Shown here: in pieces, positions 38,695 to 49,458 of the stretch
Layout of the letters: each line of letters opens with the position of its first letter
How positions within the stretch are numbered: the stretch's first letter is position 1
Assembly (NCBI GenBank): GCA_002869565.1
Contig: PKUJ01000027.1
Span: 34,368 to 98,367 of the forward strand
Direction of reading: 5' to 3'
Source: Arcobacter sp.
GTDB taxonomy: Bacteria > Campylobacterota > Campylobacteria > Campylobacterales > Arcobacteraceae
DNA length: 64,000 nt
The notes under the pieces: generated by a model
Told to the model about the DNA's origin: nothing
Database searches by the model: none
What the model saw: only the letters and a program-made list of their open reading frames with translations
Translations under genes and position numbers: made by a program

Positions 38695-39939
38695 ATGATG
38701 ATTGAAAAAAATCGTTGGTTGATGGCTTTATCTGCTGTAGGCGTTCATATTTGTATTGGTTCTGTATATGCATGGAGTGTTTATGTTAAACCTATTCAAG
38801 CACAATTAAACTGGACTTTGACAGACGTGACTATTTCATTTAGTATTGCAATCTTCTTTTTAGGATTATCAGCAGCACTTATGGGGAAATTTGTAGAGAA
38901 AAATGGGCCAAAAGTTTCTGCTTTAATTGCAGCATCACTTTTTGGTTTAGGAACAGCTGGTTCTGGACTTGCTATTATGATGGAATCAAAACTTCTTTTA
39001 TACTTTTTTTATGGTGTATTAGGTGGTTGCGGGTTAGGAATAGGTTATATCTCTCCTGTTTCAACCTTAGTTAAATGGTTCCCTGATAAAAGAGGTATGG
39101 CTACTGGACTTGCAATTATGGGATTTGGTTTTGCCTCTGCTATTTGGGGACCTACAATTAAGATATTAATAGGTTCAGTTGGTATTGCTGGAACATTTTT
39201 TATTTTAGGAATTACTTATTTTATTGTAATGTTTTTATCTGCTTTATATCTAGAATCTCCAGAAAAAGATTATATGCCAGAAAAATTTAAGAAAAAAGTT
39301 GAAGAAGGTAAAAAGAAAATCAAAAAAGATTTAGCCAGTTTAGGGCTAAATGATGCCGTTAAAACACCTAGATTTTATGGTTTATGGATAATGCTTTTTA
39401 TCAATGTAACCTGTGGAATTGCAATAATTGGTGTAGCTTCTCCTTTACTCCAAGAAGTTGTTGGCATATCTGCAATTGCAGCAGCTGCTGCTGTAGGACT
39501 TATGGGAATATTTAATGGTGCAGGAAGAATAGTTTGGGCCTCTTTATCTGATTATTTAACTAGGCCAGTAGTATATATTATTTTCTTTTTTACTCAATCT
39601 ATAGCTTTTTATATGTTACCTTCAATTTCTGATATCGTGATTTTTCAATTTGTTTTATATTTTATAATGTCTTGTTATGGTGGTGGTTTTGCTTCAATTC
39701 CAGCATACATAGGAGATATTTTTGGAACAAAAGAACTTGGTGCAATTCATGGATATATTTTAACAGCATGGGCAGCAGCAGGATTAGTTGGACCATTGAT
39801 TATTTCAATTGTAAAAGATATGACAGGAAGTTATTCTCAAACTTTATATGTATTTGCAGGTTTTTTTGTTATTGCTTTAGTAGTATCAATTTTTATGCTT
39901 ATAAATATAAAATCTATTCAAAAAAAGAAGAGTCTTTAG
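38695..39939 (+). CDS. MFS transporter (oxalate/formate antiporter-like, OFA family)
   Basis: 414 aa with 12 TM segments and WFPDKRGMATGLAIMGFG. Confidence 0.8.
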   Translation: MMIEKNRWLMALSAVGVHICIGSVYAWSVYVKPIQAQLNWTLTDVTISFSIAIFFLGLSAALMGKFVEKNGPKVSALIAASLFGLGTAGSGLAIMMESKLLLYFFYGVLGGCGLGIGYISPVSTLVKWFPDKRGMATGLAIMGFGFASAIWGPTIKILIGSVGIAGTFFILGITYFIVMFLSALYLESPEKDYMPEKFKKKVEEGKKKIKKDLASLGLNDAVKTPRFYGLWIMLFINVTCGIAIIGVASPLLQEVVGISAIAAAAAVGLMGIFNGAGRIVWASLSDYLTRPVVYIIFFFTQSIAFYMLPSISDIVIFQFVLYFIMSCYGGGFASIPAYIGDIFGTKELGAIHGYILTAWAAAGLVGPLIISIVKDMTGSYSQTLYVFAGFFVIALVVSIFMLINIKSIQKKKSL

Positions 39940-40132
39940 TATTCTTTTATTTGATAAGTCCATTGGACTTATCAAAAATAAATATATCAATAAATTATAT
40001 TGTAAATTTTCATACAATAAATATGTAACAATCGTATAATCTAAATTAAAATTTATCTTTGTTATAATCTTCAAAATTAAAATTGATTTTTTATTTTTTT
40101 TTAAGTAAATATTTAAATTTTATAGGATTATT

Positions 40133-41344
40133 ATGAAAAATAGTAACTCAGTAGTTGCAAAGTATGCTAATGGAAATTTGGTAGTTCAAATTTTAGTAGG
40201 TATCGTTTTAGGTGTTGTTGTGGCAAGTATCTCTAAGGATTTAGCCATGTCTTTCTCAATTTTGGGAACACTTTTTGTAGGAGCTTTAAAAGCTATTGCT
40301 CCTATTTTAGTTTTTGTTTTAGTTGCAACGGCAATTGCAACTAAAGAGGTGGGTGTAGAAACTGGTATGAAACCAATTGTTATGCTCTATTTAATAGGAA
40401 CATTCTTAGCTGCACTTGTTGCAGTTGTTGCAAGTTTTCTTTTTCCTGTTGAACTTGTACTTATAGATGCGGCGGATAAAGTTTTAACTCCTCCGGATAG
40501 TGTTGTTACAGTTTTAAAAACTGTATTATTTAATATGGTTGATAATCCAGTAAATGCTTTGCAAACAGGTAACTTTATAGGTATTTTAGTTTGGGCTGTA
40601 GCGATAGGTTTTGCTATGCATTATAGTTCTGCTGAAACAAAGAAAGTTTTTTTTTATGTATCAACTGGAATTACAAAGATTGTTAAATTTATAATTAAGC
40701 TTGCACCTTTTGGTATTTTTGGTCTTGTTGCAAATACTTTTGCACAGACTGGATTTTCTGCACTTTTAAGTTATTCAAAACTTTTATTAGTCCTAGTAGG
40801 AACTATGCTATTTATAGCTTTTGTAATTAATCCTATAATTGTATATATTAAAACTAGAAAAAACCCATTTCCACTTATTTTAACTTGTGTAAAAGAGAGT
40901 GGTATAACTGCATTTTTTACAAGAAGTAGTGCAGCTAATATTCCTGTGAATTTAAATTTATGTAAAAAATTAAATTTGCACGAAGATACATACTCTATAT
41001 CTATTCCTTTAGGAGCTACAACAAATATGGCTGGGGCTGCAGTTACTATTACTGTTTTAACTTTAGCAACTGTTCATACACTTGGTATGACAATTGATTT
41101 AGGAACTGCTTTATTATTAAGTGTTATTTCTGCACTTGCTGCTTGTGGAGCATCAGGAGTTGCTGGTGGATCACTTTTACTTATACCTTTGGCTTGTTCA
41201 TTATTTGGAATATCAAATGATATTGCCCTACAAGTAGTTGCAATTGGTTTTGTAATTGGTGTTGTACAAGATTCAATGGAAACAGCACTTAATTCTTCTA
41301 CAGACGTTGTTTTTACGGCTGCTTGTCATAAAGAAGACAATTAG
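40133..41344 (+). CDS. sstT: serine/threonine:sodium symporter SstT
   Basis: N-terminus [14 protein letters not shown] and DAACS-like blocks ([23 protein letters not shown]) characteristic of SstT. Confidence 0.8.
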   Translation: MKNSNSVVAKYANGNLVVQILVGIVLGVVVASISKDLAMSFSILGTLFVGALKAIAPILVFVLVATAIATKEVGVETGMKPIVMLYLIGTFLAALVAVVASFLFPVELVLIDAADKVLTPPDSVVTVLKTVLFNMVDNPVNALQTGNFIGILVWAVAIGFAMHYSSAETKKVFFYVSTGITKIVKFIIKLAPFGIFGLVANTFAQTGFSALLSYSKLLLVLVGTMLFIAFVINPIIVYIKTRKNPFPLILTCVKESGITAFFTRSSAANIPVNLNLCKKLNLHEDTYSISIPLGATTNMAGAAVTITVLTLATVHTLGMTIDLGTALLLSVISALAACGASGVAGGSLLLIPLACSLFGISNDIALQVVAIGFVIGVVQDSMETALNSSTDVVFTAACHKEDN

Positions 41345-41366
41345 GTTTTTACCTAATTGTCTTTTA
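41340..41366 (+). terminator. rho-independent terminator
   Basis: ATTAGGT-tttt-ACCTAAT followed by tgtctttt. Confidence 0.55.
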
Positions 41367-41513
41367 TATATTAATTATTTCTCTTTTAAATAATATTTTC
41401 ATACTTCTCTTTAGATAAGTTTTTCTTAACTTAATGTTATATTAAATATAAAACTAACATATAATTAACATTTTAGATTTATAATTCTAATAAGTTTTAA
41501 ATAAGGAGTTTTC

Positions 41514-42851
41514 ATGGATATTATAGGACAATTTCCATTGTTTTATTTTCCAGAATACGGAAGTGCTTGGATGATGGGTATGACAGGAACCATTCATATT
41601 TTAGCATCTCATACTTCCGTTGGTGCTGCAATGCTTTTTGCATTTCTAGCTTACAAAGCATATAAAGAAGACAGAAGTGATTTATATCCGTATATGAAAA
41701 AATACGGTATGTTCTTACTAATTTTCTCATATGTAATCGGTTCAATAACCGGTCCAGGTATTTGGTATACAGCAACAGCTGCTAGCCCACGGGGTATTAG
41801 TGCCCTTATACATAACTTTGTATGGGTGTGGGCAACTGAATGGGTCTTTTTCGTTTTTGAAGTAATTGGTGTTTTTGTTCTTGTTTATTTTATTGATAGG
41901 ATTGATAAAAAAACCCACTTGAAACTTACATTTTCTTTTGCCATGGCCTCAGTTGGTACTTTGGCACTTATAATTGGAATTATTAGTTTTATGATGTGGC
42001 CGGGAACTCAAAATTTTTATGTAACTGGAAGTGCAAGTGATGCCTTTTTTGGTACAAATACTTTCCCTCATATGTTTTTAAGAATAGGTTTTATGATTAT
42101 GCTTTCAGGAGTAATAGGGCTTCTTATTTCAAGTGCTATGAAAAAGGATAATTTAGAGCTATCTAAAGAACTTACTAAAAAAATGGGTTATATAAGTATG
42201 CTCGGTGGATTTTTAGTTCTGTTTTTCTTTATGTGGTATATGGGAACATTACCTGATAATGCCCATGCAGTTTTTAATATAACAAAAGCTGATGTTATTC
42301 AAAGTAGAATTATTCTTACAATTGTATTTTCAATATATTTCTTAATGGCAGTATTTAAACCTAGATGGATAAGTCCAACTTTGGCATCTATTATGATTTT
42401 TGTAATACTAATTGGTGGAATATGGCCAGGTGAAAAATTAAGAGAATCTATGCGAAAACCATATGTTGCTGGACAATATATCTATTCTAATCAAATTATT
42501 AGTCGTGATGTTCCAGGTAAAGGAATTAAAAGTGAATTACCTATCATAGCTGAAAAAGGTTTATTAGCAGTAAATCCCTTTGTTCCAAAAAATTTAAAAG
42601 TTATTACAGATGAGAATAAATTAGAAGCTGGAAAACTTTTAACAAGAATGTCATGTTCAAATTGTCATTCTTTAGAAAAAACAGGGAAATATAGACCTTT
42701 AAAAGATAGATTAAAAGGAATGGATAAAGAAGCTATAAAATCTATTTTATATGCAATTGGTAGTGGTGGAATGCCATATATGCCAACGTTAAAATTACCA
42801 GAACAAGAAACAGATGCAATTGCTGAATATATCGCATCATTGAAATATTAA
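41514..42851 (+). CDS. cytochrome bd superfamily subunit I-like membrane protein with C-terminal mono-haem cytochrome c domain
   Basis: The N-terminal helices align with CydA: MTGTIHILASHTSVGAAMLFAFL versus LTAMYHFLFVPLTLGMAFLLAI, and ATEWVFFVFEVIGVFVLVYF versus AIEGLMAFFLESTFVGLFFF. The C-terminus has CSNCHS plus a GGMPYMP Met-ligand region. Confidence 0.6.
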   Translation: MDIIGQFPLFYFPEYGSAWMMGMTGTIHILASHTSVGAAMLFAFLAYKAYKEDRSDLYPYMKKYGMFLLIFSYVIGSITGPGIWYTATAASPRGISALIHNFVWVWATEWVFFVFEVIGVFVLVYFIDRIDKKTHLKLTFSFAMASVGTLALIIGIISFMMWPGTQNFYVTGSASDAFFGTNTFPHMFLRIGFMIMLSGVIGLLISSAMKKDNLELSKELTKKMGYISMLGGFLVLFFFMWYMGTLPDNAHAVFNITKADVIQSRIILTIVFSIYFLMAVFKPRWISPTLASIMIFVILIGGIWPGEKLRESMRKPYVAGQYIYSNQIISRDVPGKGIKSELPIIAEKGLLAVNPFVPKNLKVITDENKLEAGKLLTRMSCSNCHSLEKTGKYRPLKDRLKGMDKEAIKSILYAIGSGGMPYMPTLKLPEQETDAIAEYIASLKY

Positions 42852-42860
42852 GGAGGAATT

Positions 42861-44054
42861 ATGGACGCATCAGTATTATTAGCATTAAGAGACCCTGCCG
42901 GGGTACCTTTTTATCCTGTCGTATTTCAAGTATTGTATATTTTGACATGGGCACTTCATGCTGCTTTTGTTTTATTAGCATTGGGTTCAATGGGATTGTC
43001 GATTGTTGGAACTTTTAAACAAAAAAATGATTCAACTTGGAAAATATTAACACCACATTTGATTCAAACAGGAAAAATAAGTATCTCTATTCTTATTGTT
43101 TTAGGTGTTGCACCACTTTTGTTTACACAAGTTATTTATGATCCAAATTGGTATGTGGCAAATACATTATCAGGTATGTGTGTATTTATTTTTATATATA
43201 CCTTGCTTGTTGGTTATAGTATGTATTATTGGTATTACTATGCAAATAAAAAAACAGAAGGTGGAGGTAAATTAATTGGAATCATATCTTTTCTTATTTT
43301 AGTTTTCGCTGGATTATTAATGCATAACTTTGCAGTAACATCTATCATGCCAAATGATTGGATGAATATGTATGCACCAAATGGTGTAGTAGATAATAGT
43401 GGTTGGACATTTAATATGAATATTGTAAGATTAGTATTTATGGTAAGTTTAGCTATTCCTGTTGTTGGAATATTTTTACAAAACTATAGTCGCTTTTTAA
43501 GTACAAGAGAAGATTTTAGTGAAGAGTTTGTTTCTTATACTGCTAGCCTAGGAACTAAACTTGGTGTTGTAGGATTACTTATTAGTGCTCTTGCCTTTGT
43601 TGCTTGGATGATGCAAATTGGATATTTAATGAATCCATTATCTTTGGCAATTATTGTAGGTGTAGTAATATTATTAGTAATGGTTTTTCTAAATAAAAAT
43701 AGTTATATTACAACAGGAATATTAGTTGTTGTAGCACTTCTGATCTCAGGAATGAGAGAGCTTATTAGATTTGATATTATGTCTAATTTGGGATACAGTA
43801 TTTATGACTATCCTGTAAATCTTGAAATACCGACAATTACAATGTTCTTGCTTACTTTCTTAGTTCTCGGAGGAGTAGGTGTAGCTTATTTATTAACAAT
43901 GGCTTGGAAAGTGGGAAAAACACAAGGAATTTTCGATGGTTCTAAAGATAAAGCTGTTACAAGATTAGGTAATTACACTCTTACTATAATGGTTGTATGG
44001 ATGGTTATTTATTTTGCTTGGGGAATGACAATACTTTTTTCCAATACACTTTAA
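42861..44054 (+). CDS. polytopic membrane protein, probable partner subunit of the bd-like protein
   Basis: 397 aa with about 10 TM segments. Starts 9 nt after the upstream stop. No cofactor motif recognised. Confidence 0.5.
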   Translation: MDASVLLALRDPAGVPFYPVVFQVLYILTWALHAAFVLLALGSMGLSIVGTFKQKNDSTWKILTPHLIQTGKISISILIVLGVAPLLFTQVIYDPNWYVANTLSGMCVFIFIYTLLVGYSMYYWYYYANKKTEGGGKLIGIISFLILVFAGLLMHNFAVTSIMPNDWMNMYAPNGVVDNSGWTFNMNIVRLVFMVSLAIPVVGIFLQNYSRFLSTREDFSEEFVSYTASLGTKLGVVGLLISALAFVAWMMQIGYLMNPLSLAIIVGVVILLVMVFLNKNSYITTGILVVVALLISGMRELIRFDIMSNLGYSIYDYPVNLEIPTITMFLLTFLVLGGVGVAYLLTMAWKVGKTQGIFDGSKDKAVTRLGNYTLTIMVVWMVIYFAWGMTILFSNTL

Positions 44055-44071
44055 ATATTTATTTTAATATG

Positions 44072-44105
44072 AAAAGCCAAAGAGTTAACACTTTTTGGCT
44101 TTTTT
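44072..44105 (+). terminator. rho-independent terminator
   Basis: AAAAGCCAAA-gagttaacactt-TTTGGCTTTT followed by a T-run. Confidence 0.65.
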
Positions 44106-44114
44106 GTTTAAGTT

Positions 44115-44798
44115 ATGGAGCTCAAAATGACTGGGACAAAAATACTTTTTTTGGAAGATGACAAATTATACCAAGAGAGTATAAAAGATTTTTTAGAAGA
44201 AGAAAAATTTATTGTAGAAACTTGCAATAATGGACAAGAATTTTTAGATAAGATTTTTAATAATATGTATGATTTATATATTATAGATATAAATGTACCT
44301 ATAATAAATGGAAATGAAATAATGTTGATGTTAAAAGAGTACAATGATCCAACTATGAAGCTAGTACTAACATCAATTCCAAATAGTATTTCTGAATCAT
44401 TTAAAAACGGTTGTGATGATTACTTAAATAAAAATGCAGATGTAGACGAAATTTTACTTAGAATTAAGAGCCTTATAAAACGAGCTTACCATTCATATCA
44501 AGATGTTATTAAGATTAAAGAAGACATAAACTATAACTTGTTTAACAAAAAAATATATAAGAATAAAGAGAATATAGAACTTGAGATTCGTTCCATATCA
44601 GTTTTAGATTATTTAATAAAAAAAAGAGGTGAATATGTCTCAACATTTGAATTAGAAAAAAATATTTACCCAACTAATAGTAAATCAAAATCAAATGTAA
44701 TACGATATCATATTTGGAATTTGAGAAATACTCTAGGCAAAGATTTAATTGAATCAAAGAAAAACATAGGTTATATGTTGAAACCTCTTATTATTTAA
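44115..44798 (+). CDS. OmpR-family response regulator (no cognate kinase adjacent)
   Basis: Receiver domain (ILFLEDD, DLYIIDINVP) plus a winged-helix C-terminus (RYHIWNLRNTLG ... GYML). Confidence 0.75.
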   Translation: MELKMTGTKILFLEDDKLYQESIKDFLEEEKFIVETCNNGQEFLDKIFNNMYDLYIIDINVPIINGNEIMLMLKEYNDPTMKLVLTSIPNSISESFKNGCDDYLNKNADVDEILLRIKSLIKRAYHSYQDVIKIKEDINYNLFNKKIYKNKENIELEIRSISVLDYLIKKRGEYVSTFELEKNIYPTNSKSKSNVIRYHIWNLRNTLGKDLIESKKNIGYMLKPLII

Positions 44799-44904
44799 AA
44801 AAGTTAGATTAAAAATTAGTAGGAGGAGATTAATCTAACTTTTTTTGTTGGTTCATTAAAATTATAATAAACTTGTGTTAATCCTTCGTTAGTTTTAAAT
44901 ATTT

Positions 44905-45594
44905 TTAAATATTTCTTACATCAATAAAAGAACCACTCTCAAATTTTTCAATTTTTTCTATAACACTATGTACCCTTTTTGCTGCAATATCTGGCTTTTG
45001 AATATCTCCATCTTTTAGTATTTTCGCAGATGTAAAAATATTGTCATTTACTTCATATCTAATATAATCTGTCATAGGAGTTTCAATAACTCCTGGAGCT
45101 ACGGCTAAAAGTTTAACATTTGTCATCTCTTTTGCGTAAAGATTGATAAGCATATTTAGTGATGATTTTGATAAAGAATAAGCTCCCCATCCTTTTGAAC
45201 CTTTTTGAGATGCTCCTGATGAAAGTGCTATTATATTTTTTACTTTTGTTTTAGTTAAAATATCAAGTATTTCTTTATTTGCAAAAACATTTAAATCTAA
45301 TACTTCTTTTATTTCATCAATTCCAAGATTTGTCATTTCTTTAATTTCACCAAGCATTCCTGCATTTAAATATACTGTATTTAAATTTTTAATATCATAG
45401 ATAAAAGAACTAAGTTCTTCTTTTATCTTATCTATTTTAGATAGATTAAAATCTTTAAAATAAAAGTTTTTATTTTTTATATCAGGCCTTGACCTACTAA
45501 TGCCATAAACCTTATATTTATTATTTAAATAAAAATTTGTTAAAGCTAAACCTAAACCTGAGCTACAGCCTGTTATTAAAATACTTTTATTCAT
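44905..45594 (-). CDS. short-chain dehydrogenase/reductase (SDR)
   Basis: Has TGCSSGLG, NAG and YSLSKSSL (YxxxK). Confidence 0.8.
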   Translation of the reverse strand: MNKSILITGCSSGLGLALTNFYLNNKYKVYGISRSRPDIKNKNFYFKDFNLSKIDKIKEELSSFIYDIKNLNTVYLNAGMLGEIKEMTNLGIDEIKEVLDLNVFANKEILDILTKTKVKNIIALSSGASQKGSKGWGAYSLSKSSLNMLINLYAKEMTNVKLLAVAPGVIETPMTDYIRYEVNDNIFTSAKILKDGDIQKPDIAAKRVHSVIEKIEKFESGSFIDVRNI

Positions 45595-46116
45595 TTACCT
45601 TTTCTCCCATTTATATCTTTTATCATCTTTTACTTTTGACCAAAAAAGTATTCCTGAATCTCTCCACGCATCTAATACAATACTATTTTCGAAACTTACA
45701 TCATCTCTTGTTAAAATTAGACTATTATGTTCAAAATATTCGCCTCTATTTGCAACTACTTTTTGAAAATAAAAACTCTTGTATTTTTTATCTTCTAAAT
45801 ATTTCATTAAATCATTTGCATAATGATAACAGTATCCTTTTTCTTTTAAATTTAAATTTACAAGAGTATTATGAAATAGGGCAGGCTTGATAACTTCATA
45901 TTTATTTGCTAAAAACTTTGAATAAGTTATTGCATCATAAGAAACATTTATTGATTCTTTTTCATTGATTTCTTTTGACAATTTTTTTATGTCATCAGAA
46001 AGATTAATCATACTCTTATTAATGACTTTTCTATTTTGAATATCTACATTTTTATACTTTACAGAGCAAGCATTAAAAGTAAAAACAATAAAAATGAATA
46101 AATATAATAGTTTCAT
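45595..46116 (-). CDS. putative lipoprotein
   Basis: Signal peptide with lipobox (FTFNAC). Abuts the SDR gene with no gap. Confidence 0.5.
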   Translation of the reverse strand: MKLLYLFIFIVFTFNACSVKYKNVDIQNRKVINKSMINLSDDIKKLSKEINEKESINVSYDAITYSKFLANKYEVIKPALFHNTLVNLNLKEKGYCYHYANDLMKYLEDKKYKSFYFQKVVANRGEYFEHNSLILTRDDVSFENSIVLDAWRDSGILFWSKVKDDKRYKWEKR

Positions 46117-46229
46117 AAAATATCTTTTTTATTTACATTATAAGTTTATTTAATTAAAATTTACTTTACAAAAGAGGGTACTTTGGATATAATCCCACTA
46201 ATTTAGGGATAAAGAGAAAGTATTATTAC

Positions 46230-47357
46230 GTGCAACAATTAAAAATTACAAATGAAATTAAAAATCTAGATATTACAAAAATAGAAGAAAATCTTTTCTA
46301 CTACAAATATGATTCAAGAAATGTCAAACCTTTACTAAAATCAAATTCTGAAGATATTTCTTTAGAAAATATTGCTACATACAATAGTTTTAAAGGTGAA
46401 GTTTACGAAAATATAATATATGAATTACTTTTAGATTATGTAAAAGATAATGATTTTATTACAAAATTTGTATTAAAAGGTCCACATCAAAATAGAGTTG
46501 ATAAGTTTTATAAAACTGGACTTATGATAGATAGAAGTCTTCAAATTGTTTATAAATCTAATTATAAAGATATAAGTGAATTTGATGCACTATTTTTTAC
46601 AAAAGATGCTTTATATTTTGTAGAAATGAGTACTTCAAAAAAAACTGTTAGTTTAAATAAAAGACTTGATAAAAAACAAGCATTATTAAAAGTACTTTTC
46701 CCGAATCTTCATATAAGAGCTTTAATTGTATTGACGGAGGGAACTATCGGGCTTAAGAGATTCCCTTCTTATTGTACAATTTGGATTACAAAAGATTTAA
46801 CTGATAATGAATTACTAAAGAAACTTGTATTTAATAGAAAAAAAAGAGGTTTAGAATCTGTATATAAAGAAGATAAGTTTATTGAAGCATTTTCAATAAA
46901 TACTAGTAGATTTATATATTTTCAAACTTTAGAATGGATTTTAAAAAATACAAGAAAAAAAGAAAAATTACCTATAAATCTAGATTTTTTCAAATCAAAG
47001 AAATTATCTTTATATTTTGATATTTTTACAAAACTATATATAGGTTTTCTAAATATTGATGATTTCTTATCAATGGTACCATCTTACAATGATACTATTG
47101 CTAATATTTTTGTCACAATTGAAAAAATAAATACTAAAGATTTTGATATTGTATTTTATGTGAAAAATACAAATGGAAAATTAAGAAGAGTAAGAATTAC
47201 CTCTAAAGAAATATCCATAAAAGATAAAGAAGTCGATGGTTTTACTAATGTTGAAGTTAGGTTTATGAAATATTTAATAGAAGACAAATATATGTTAGAA
47301 AAAGAAGAAGTTAGCGATTTAAAAGAAAAATTAAAGAAATTCTCTTTTAATAATTAG
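46230..47357 (+). CDS. hypothetical protein with possible NERD / PD-(D/E)xK-like nuclease core
   Basis: GEVYENIIYELL ... EFDALFFTKDALYFVEMSTSKK resembles the GE...EID..hh....hhhhE.K pattern of NERD-type nucleases. GTG start. Confidence 0.4.
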   Translation: MQQLKITNEIKNLDITKIEENLFYYKYDSRNVKPLLKSNSEDISLENIATYNSFKGEVYENIIYELLLDYVKDNDFITKFVLKGPHQNRVDKFYKTGLMIDRSLQIVYKSNYKDISEFDALFFTKDALYFVEMSTSKKTVSLNKRLDKKQALLKVLFPNLHIRALIVLTEGTIGLKRFPSYCTIWITKDLTDNELLKKLVFNRKKRGLESVYKEDKFIEAFSINTSRFIYFQTLEWILKNTRKKEKLPINLDFFKSKKLSLYFDIFTKLYIGFLNIDDFLSMVPSYNDTIANIFVTIEKINTKDFDIVFYVKNTNGKLRRVRITSKEISIKDKEVDGFTNVEVRFMKYLIEDKYMLEKEEVSDLKEKLKKFSFNN

Positions 47358-47364
47358 TTAATTA

Positions 47365-49242
47365 TCAAAGGGATTTTTTATATAAAAGTTTCCCTTGCAT
47401 TTTATCATATTTATATATATCATCTCTAAATTGAAGCATTCCCTTTTCATCTATCCATGATGTTAAATATACAATATGAACTGGAATCTGTTTATTCAAA
47501 TCAAAGTCAGTTTTTTCAATATCATTTAAAATTTCTTTAGCTTTATCATAATTAATACTTGAATCTTCTTGGGCAATTGTTTTTAAAAGATCATACGGTT
47601 TTGATAATCTAATACATCCGTGAGAATAAGCTCTTTTATTGTTTTTAAATAATCCTTTAAAGGGTGTATCATGTAAATAAACGGAATATCTATTTGGAAA
47701 CATAAATTTAATTCTTCCTAGAGGATTTTTATCACTTGGTATTTGAATAAATCTCATTGGGGCTTCTTGGCTATTCCCTATTAAATCATTATTAATATAC
47801 ATATTCCAATCAACACTATCTGTATTATATTCCATTGATTTATGACTCCAATTTTCAAATACTTTTATATCACTAGTTGCTAAATAATTTGGGTCTTCAA
47901 CAAGTTTAGGAATAATCTCTTTTTTTACGATTCTTTGTGGTATTCTCCAATAAGGATTTAGAACAATTGAAGACATTTTATGACTAAAAATAGGCGTGGG
48001 ATTTTTGTACTCCCCAACAACTACTGCCATGTCTAATTTTAATTCGCCATTATTGTACATTTTTAATTTATAATCTGGAATATTGACTATTAGATATTTT
48101 TCACCTAATGATCTTGGCATCCATCTCATTCTTTCCAGATTTATTCTCATTTTTTTAATTTTTTTCTCAATTGGAATATTTAATCTTTTGATTGTATTTT
48201 TTCCAACAATTCCATCTTCTTTTAAACCATGATTTTTTTGAAAAGATTGTACAGCTTCAAATACATTTTGATCATAAAGTTCTAGACAGTCTTTTACAGG
48301 AGTTATTTGCTCTTTTTTTATCTCTATAACGGCTGTTAATTCATCAATTTTTTTAGTGCTAATTTGAGTCTCTTGTTTAAATAAATTATTTTGCTTTACA
48401 TCTACATTCTTTTCAGCACATTCTTTATTTAATAAATCTTTACTTTGGAAAAGTCTTTCTCTTAGTAGTTTAATCTCAGGATAATAGTTATCTTTTTTTA
48501 AAGATTCTTTTATAAGTGGTATTTTTACATAACCACCATTTCTTGCAATTTCTTCAAATTTCTTAATAAGATTTGATAGTTGTTCAGCTTTTGGGAAAGT
48601 ATAGTTAACTTTATTTATGGCAAGATTAATATCATCTTTTTCAATAGCTTCATAAAGTAGTTTTCTAATATTTTTTCTTAGCTTATATCTTCTCCAATTT
48701 GCAATTATTTCTTTTTTTTCATCTAGATTTTTTAATTCTTCTTGAAATGCTTTCCAATCGATAAAGCCATTTGATAAATATCTCATGTATTGATGATATG
48801 AACTTGTTAACATTATGTCAAGCATCATTAATTGTTCAATATTTTCATTTTGGGATTGACTATTTTCTATTTGTAAATTGATTTTTTCTAAATTAAAAAG
48901 TTTTTTTGAAAAAGGTTCTAATACTGAATCTTCATCAATTTTTTTGATAAGAGAATATGCAATTGGTTTTATTCCTTGGTAATTAATCCAAAAAGGAGAA
49001 TAGTTATGTTTTTTATAATATTTTTTTATAAGCCCTTTACTTATTAAAGTAGATGGATTTTTTTTTCTATTTAAAATATTTTTTAATATTTCTTTACTTT
49101 TTAACACAAAAATACTGTTTTTATCTGACATATTAATTTCTTGAATATTTTGTTCAATTACACTTTGTTCTATTGTAGTAATTGCAGCATTTAGCAAACT
49201 ACATGATATAAACAATCCAAATACAAAACTAATTTTTTTCAT
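47365..49242 (-). CDS. L,D-transpeptidase (YcbB-like) with peptidoglycan-binding domain
   Basis: PG_binding_1 (AVQSFQKNHGLKEDGIVGKNT) and the YkuD catalytic motif (LHDTP...SHGCIRL). Has a signal peptide. Confidence 0.8.
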   Translation of the reverse strand: MKKISFVFGLFISCSLLNAAITTIEQSVIEQNIQEINMSDKNSIFVLKSKEILKNILNRKKNPSTLISKGLIKKYYKKHNYSPFWINYQGIKPIAYSLIKKIDEDSVLEPFSKKLFNLEKINLQIENSQSQNENIEQLMMLDIMLTSSYHQYMRYLSNGFIDWKAFQEELKNLDEKKEIIANWRRYKLRKNIRKLLYEAIEKDDINLAINKVNYTFPKAEQLSNLIKKFEEIARNGGYVKIPLIKESLKKDNYYPEIKLLRERLFQSKDLLNKECAEKNVDVKQNNLFKQETQISTKKIDELTAVIEIKKEQITPVKDCLELYDQNVFEAVQSFQKNHGLKEDGIVGKNTIKRLNIPIEKKIKKMRINLERMRWMPRSLGEKYLIVNIPDYKLKMYNNGELKLDMAVVVGEYKNPTPIFSHKMSSIVLNPYWRIPQRIVKKEIIPKLVEDPNYLATSDIKVFENWSHKSMEYNTDSVDWNMYINNDLIGNSQEAPMRFIQIPSDKNPLGRIKFMFPNRYSVYLHDTPFKGLFKNNKRAYSHGCIRLSKPYDLLKTIAQEDSSINYDKAKEILNDIEKTDFDLNKQIPVHIVYLTSWIDEKGMLQFRDDIYKYDKMQGKLLYKKSL

Positions 49243-49458
49243 TAAATAACCTAGAAAATTTTTTTGAATTATAGTAAAATATTACTAATATTATACCCTT
49301 GATAATAAATTACTTGTTTAATATTATTAAATTTACAATATAAAAAATGCGCTTTTATAGAGCACTTGTATTATTATAATAGATTAAATTATGATTTAAT
49401 CTAAAATTAAGAATTGTATTGCTATAGTTAGTAATATAATTGTAATAAGGAGCCTATT

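Noticed and set aside
39948-39976. The near-perfect palindrome TTTGATAAGTCC-att-GGACTTATCAAA after the MFS gene, considered as a protein-binding site, attC or small RNA.
   Set aside because: It is a single copy with no flanking core boxes and no second occurrence in the window. It is most simply an intrinsic terminator-like hairpin for the MFS gene, although it lacks a clear U-tail.
44115-44798. The response regulator considered as the dedicated regulator of the upstream bd-like/cytochrome c pair.
   Set aside because: A strong terminator (44072..44105) separates them, and no sensor kinase is present in the window. Adjacency alone does not support a functional link.
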